Below, one piece after another: positions 61,801-64,000 of a stretch of 64,000 nt of DNA. A program made the translations under genes and the position numbers. The first letter of the stretch is position 1. Every line of letters starts with the position of its first letter. The stretch covers positions 124,001 to 188,000 of IMG/VR virus record IMGVR_UViG_3300030616_000016; one strand, 5' to 3'. The notes beneath the pieces were generated by a model that was not told the DNA's origin, did not search any database, and saw nothing but the letters and a program-made list of their open reading frames with translations.

Positions 61801-64000
61801 AGTAGACAAGGGTATTCTATTTGGCAACAAGGCCTTTAGTTTATCAAATCCTGATGACGTCGAACAGCTTAAAGTTATTACCAATGTCATGGGTCAGATT
61901 AAAGATGCGGCAGATTCTGCAGACGACGAAGTTGTCAATGCCATGTCCATACAAGACATTCTTAGAAGATCTAAAGGCCAATTTGAAGCTGCTGGATTAG
62001 GAGATGTTAATCCAGAAGAGCTTCTAAGTAAAAATCTTGCTATTACAGGAATGCCAGAAGGCACGTTCATGGATCTGGAAATTGAACAGGCTCTTAAAAC
62101 AGGTACTGATAAGTTTCTTGTTTCTTCAAAGAATCAAAGAGAAATGATACTTCCATCTCTTGGAGCAACAGGAAGGCTGTTTGGCAAAGGTCCTAATGCT
62201 GAAATGATATCTTTGAATGAAATGCGCAGGTCTATACTTGGTGCACACCATGGGCTGTCTCTTATGTTAGAAGACGGAGAAAACATAGACGCTCTCAGAT
62301 CCTCATATGCTACATTTCTTAAATCGCTTGCAGAGGAAAGCCATAAAACCGGTTTGTTTGGTAGAGCAGGCGAATTGCAGTGGACTAAAAGCGCGTATCC
62401 AAACATCAGACAGTTTGATTTCTCAGATATGAGAAGAATGGATTATCTTCGTCAGGCTAAGGATTGGGCTGGATACCAGGCAGAAGCTGCTACTGTTCAT
62501 ATAAGCAGAGAAATGGCTGAAGAGTTTGGTGCGCTCGACAAGCTTACCAAAAAGGGCGCCGATGATCTTTATGCTCATATGCAGTCTTATCCCGGCCTTA
62601 CTCCTGGAATGCAGAGGACGGTTAAGCTTAGACTAGATGAAAACCTCAGAGGCAGGCAAATGAAGGTTGGATATGGAATTGCAATAGCCGGAGCCAGAGA
62701 CTTTGATGCTGACCGTGTTGCTTTGATGTATCTAGGTGATGAGCATGAAGTTGTTAGAAATCTTTTGAACAACGATCCTAATTTATCCAAAAGCGATGCC
62801 AAGGCTATGGCTCGTAAATTTGTTTCTAGCATGAAGCAAGATTTTAGAGCAGATGCAGAGTCTATAGCATATCTACAACATTCTGAGATGAAGCTTGCAC
62901 AGCGCGTTGCAGACGCAAACTTTTTATCAGCAACAAACAAGTTACATAAAGATGCTAATGTTAATGCTGTTAGAGATATCGTCAATTATATGGGAAGGAT
63001 TGATGATGTAGAAATTAAGTCTGGTGCTTACGACGATGAGATTCAGCGAATTCTATCTAAGCACGATATATCTGGTACAGCCGCAGATACGATGATCGAC
63101 GTATTTAAAAAGAAGCTTGTAGCATCTAAAGAACTTGGTGTAACTACAAACAAGCTTATGATGATGCGTAATACTCTTGCCGATAATATGATTAGAGACA
63201 AAGGAAGCAGGCAAGCTACTGATTTCGCGATACAATACTTTCATCAAATAACACAGTCTCTTATTAGCGCTAGAAAGCATGGAGAAAAAGGTGATGCTTC
63301 TAGAGAATTAATCGAACTTCTGCAAGGTAGATCTGTTGATGGTGATTTCAAGAACCTTACAAGAGCACACAAGGATAAAATAGGCGAGCTGTTAGGAGAA
63401 TCTCTTGTTGAAGGCGGTCTTGCTGGAGAGGTAAAAGACAGATGGTTGTGGAGAAGTGTTGATGAAGGCGTGTATGATTCTAACCAAGTTAAGTGGATAA
63501 TAGATGAGCAAGCACAAAAGCTAAACGTAAAATCATTCAATGAATTAAAAGAAACCTTTGTTAACTTGGCAGAAGAAAATCTTAGAAGAAGAAATGAATG
63601 GGACGAGTCTAATTTCTTGTTTGAAACAACCATGAAGAAGTCTGGGCTTGGTAGATTTGCAGAGAGAGGTCAATGGTCTGTTAGACAGTTTATTGAACAG
63701 GCTCCTAAGCATATGAAGAAGCTTGGTGCCTTTGTTAAGAAGCAAGCAGATCTTCCTGAGTTTGCTCGTCTTGTTTCTCATATAACTGGAATCAATGCTA
63801 TTGCAGCTTATGCTGACGACGCATCAAGGGCTACTATAAGAGAGGCTGAGAAGACAGCTTCAGATGCTTTAAATTATGCAAAGGCTGGCGATGCAGCTGC
63901 TGACATAGCAACTTCCAAAGGTAAATCATGGCTTACCAGACTGTTTGATAAGTCAGACGAATACTTGGCTGGATCACCAAAAGCTAAGTACGCACTTGCT
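58841..64000 (+). CDS. >1720-aa virion protein with an RNA polymerase beta-prime-like catalytic barrel (partial, no stop in window)
   Basis: Open frame from ATG 58841 to the window end (frame spot-checked). GLFGRAG...VHISREMAEEF...HMQSYPGL...GRQMKVGYGIAIAGARDFDADRVALM (62351-62730), DFDAD at 62699-62713. Confidence 0.65.
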   Translation, partial: MPDKPEQRSGSVAPWLVGGGLLAFGGYQGYKHFGQKHLGNMANNLGDEIKAVVPSVEQTEQIIKPSSSTEFWHKFDRAGTPAAGIGATNSFMHDIVDVEDAHYKGFDEILTPKRAAAYNKIVTAQLTDFQSVMNNTHGTNLLNIEAINESINSANTGFIDGISERAKRNTETAGLIGRSDVEDIFFAHYGRKGKRAQEFIAREQAAVSQLEDIASRLTASTGHQVKIQAINRSGVAPEIGLRVGGEFISMGAATGTRLQFGSNVYQGPQAILGRTAEGRLKTMTFHEASVNVLEQKMGELKGIKSSSQLRSKISGILSEPREAAIFSSPEDKMRAIAGVPGQPMSAADVARSGNIVTMPSIVKESGAQASRDAAETLRRITEWAGKEDWDETTRARMFHIKPGQRITPERVLRHFVTAVKGDKVDRLTFSAFTSLKALTVGGMLTPFQNIAKEGGEELRTGLLRKSQSAKYKYNKYYGYGREMRRQNLAGLLAGEGSERLAGSVSGKVHAIDKVQKLIDGEWVDVPDKLVGALGGKFSGGSGVMAISEEFGDLSHESSGDYMLKKISGSPNKKIKDTINELARKGKLDVRNLKAAGITVRKKDAQGLLRTETGSLEFSQAALKQASETENSLVIPGKRLRKISESGYAFRLGPTSVSATRGTRFIGKGSEGVLGALWSTNIKPEVRSQMAYATIQSLMEESDIKYSRNLDEFAATISGELDRADPNARYFKGVEGNQKRWQQLTDLMTERMQKEGVDKRSLDKFRASMEGYGPGKTIEFAAEGQHYRARATTLTGTAFPRMYPLEEETALHGTVGRYKSEYTKKLDDFNKALAGHEDLPGVQRFMEAQTKKHSILEDVLRHESVPDTLIRNFNEAETQQLEAIREIQRMEGGPIKGIEKKFIALKTSEEQFMSKLTQRAQSTPRRYRPQDFMMMAIKAHADPENRDTGVLEYLLRMQEGSQARRSFQNVAMAAEPLFGTSTKQIIEEVDKGILFGNKAFSLSNPDDVEQLKVITNVMGQIKDAADSADDEVVNAMSIQDILRRSKGQFEAAGLGDVNPEELLSKNLAITGMPEGTFMDLEIEQALKTGTDKFLVSSKNQREMILPSLGATGRLFGKGPNAEMISLNEMRRSILGAHHGLSLMLEDGENIDALRSSYATFLKSLAEESHKTGLFGRAGELQWTKSAYPNIRQFDFSDMRRMDYLRQAKDWAGYQAEAATVHISREMAEEFGALDKLTKKGADDLYAHMQSYPGLTPGMQRTVKLRLDENLRGRQMKVGYGIAIAGARDFDADRVALMYLGDEHEVVRNLLNNDPNLSKSDAKAMARKFVSSMKQDFRADAESIAYLQHSEMKLAQRVADANFLSATNKLHKDANVNAVRDIVNYMGRIDDVEIKSGAYDDEIQRILSKHDISGTAADTMIDVFKKKLVASKELGVTTNKLMMMRNTLADNMIRDKGSRQATDFAIQYFHQITQSLISARKHGEKGDASRELIELLQGRSVDGDFKNLTRAHKDKIGELLGESLVEGGLAGEVKDRWLWRSVDEGVYDSNQVKWIIDEQAQKLNVKSFNELKETFVNLAEENLRRRNEWDESNFLFETTMKKSGLGRFAERGQWSVRQFIEQAPKHMKKLGAFVKKQADLPEFARLVSHITGINAIAAYADDASRATIREAEKTASDALNYAKAGDAAADIATSKGKSWLTRLFDKSDEYLAGSPKAKYALA

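Noticed and set aside
24629-63781. Numerous minus-strand ORFs across the late operon, and plus-strand ORFs across the left arm other than HNH/HTH
   Set aside because: Antisense shadows of long genes; no SD, no motifs, and they overlap well-supported CDSs.
1-64000. Stop-codon reassignment
   Set aside because: All large genes are intact under code 11, and TAG/TGA/TAA all end genes at tight junctions; the few in-frame breaks are local.
1-64000. tRNA, tmRNA or rRNA genes
   Set aside because: No T-loop GTTCRA with a cloverleaf context was seen in any intergenic gap on either strand.

Overview
This window is a 64-kb segment of a large contractile-tailed (myovirus-like) dsDNA phage genome in standard code 11, with strong SD sites and sigma70/sigmaA-type promoters. 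Transcription diverges at about 23.9-24.4 kb. LEFT ARM (1-13.4 kb, minus strand): a ligase with a LigD-type phosphoesterase domain that runs off the edge, then densely packed small accessory genes. These include about 10 paralogs ending in a CxxCG-x(6-12)-CxxC zinc ribbon, a cassette-like block whose gene junctions share one motif, a duplicated DUF6745-like/QGDV gene pair, YopX, pentapeptide-repeat proteins and a ~270-bp IS200/IS605 (tnpB) remnant. MIDDLE (13.4-24.3 kb): a visibly GC-richer minus-strand early-type module bracketed by repeat/palindrome clusters. It has hairpin-packed intergenic gaps, a tandem array of a structured RNA-like motif, an antisense HNH+HTH pair behind a perfect TTGACA-N17-TATAAT promoter, and a 763-aa protein with KG...KF and DCDGD motifs (candidate single-subunit two-barrel RNA polymerase). 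RIGHT ARM (24.4-64 kb, plus strand): the late operon, with an FkbM-like methyltransferase, a candidate TerS, a 1230-aa DEDDh-exonuclease fusion, terminase (intein), portal (intein), protease/scaffold, capsid proteins, neck, sheath, tube and tube-like proteins, chaperones, an 1812-aa tail protein (intein), and a >1720-aa open ORF carrying a beta-prime-like DFDAD catalytic barrel (candidate virion RNA polymerase). The main leads are a two-RNA-polymerase programme (virion plus early), the tandem structured-RNA array, and the zinc-ribbon-tagged and junction-linked cassette families. No tRNA, rRNA or CRISPR array was found. All family calls rest on motif recognition by eye and need HMM or structure confirmation.
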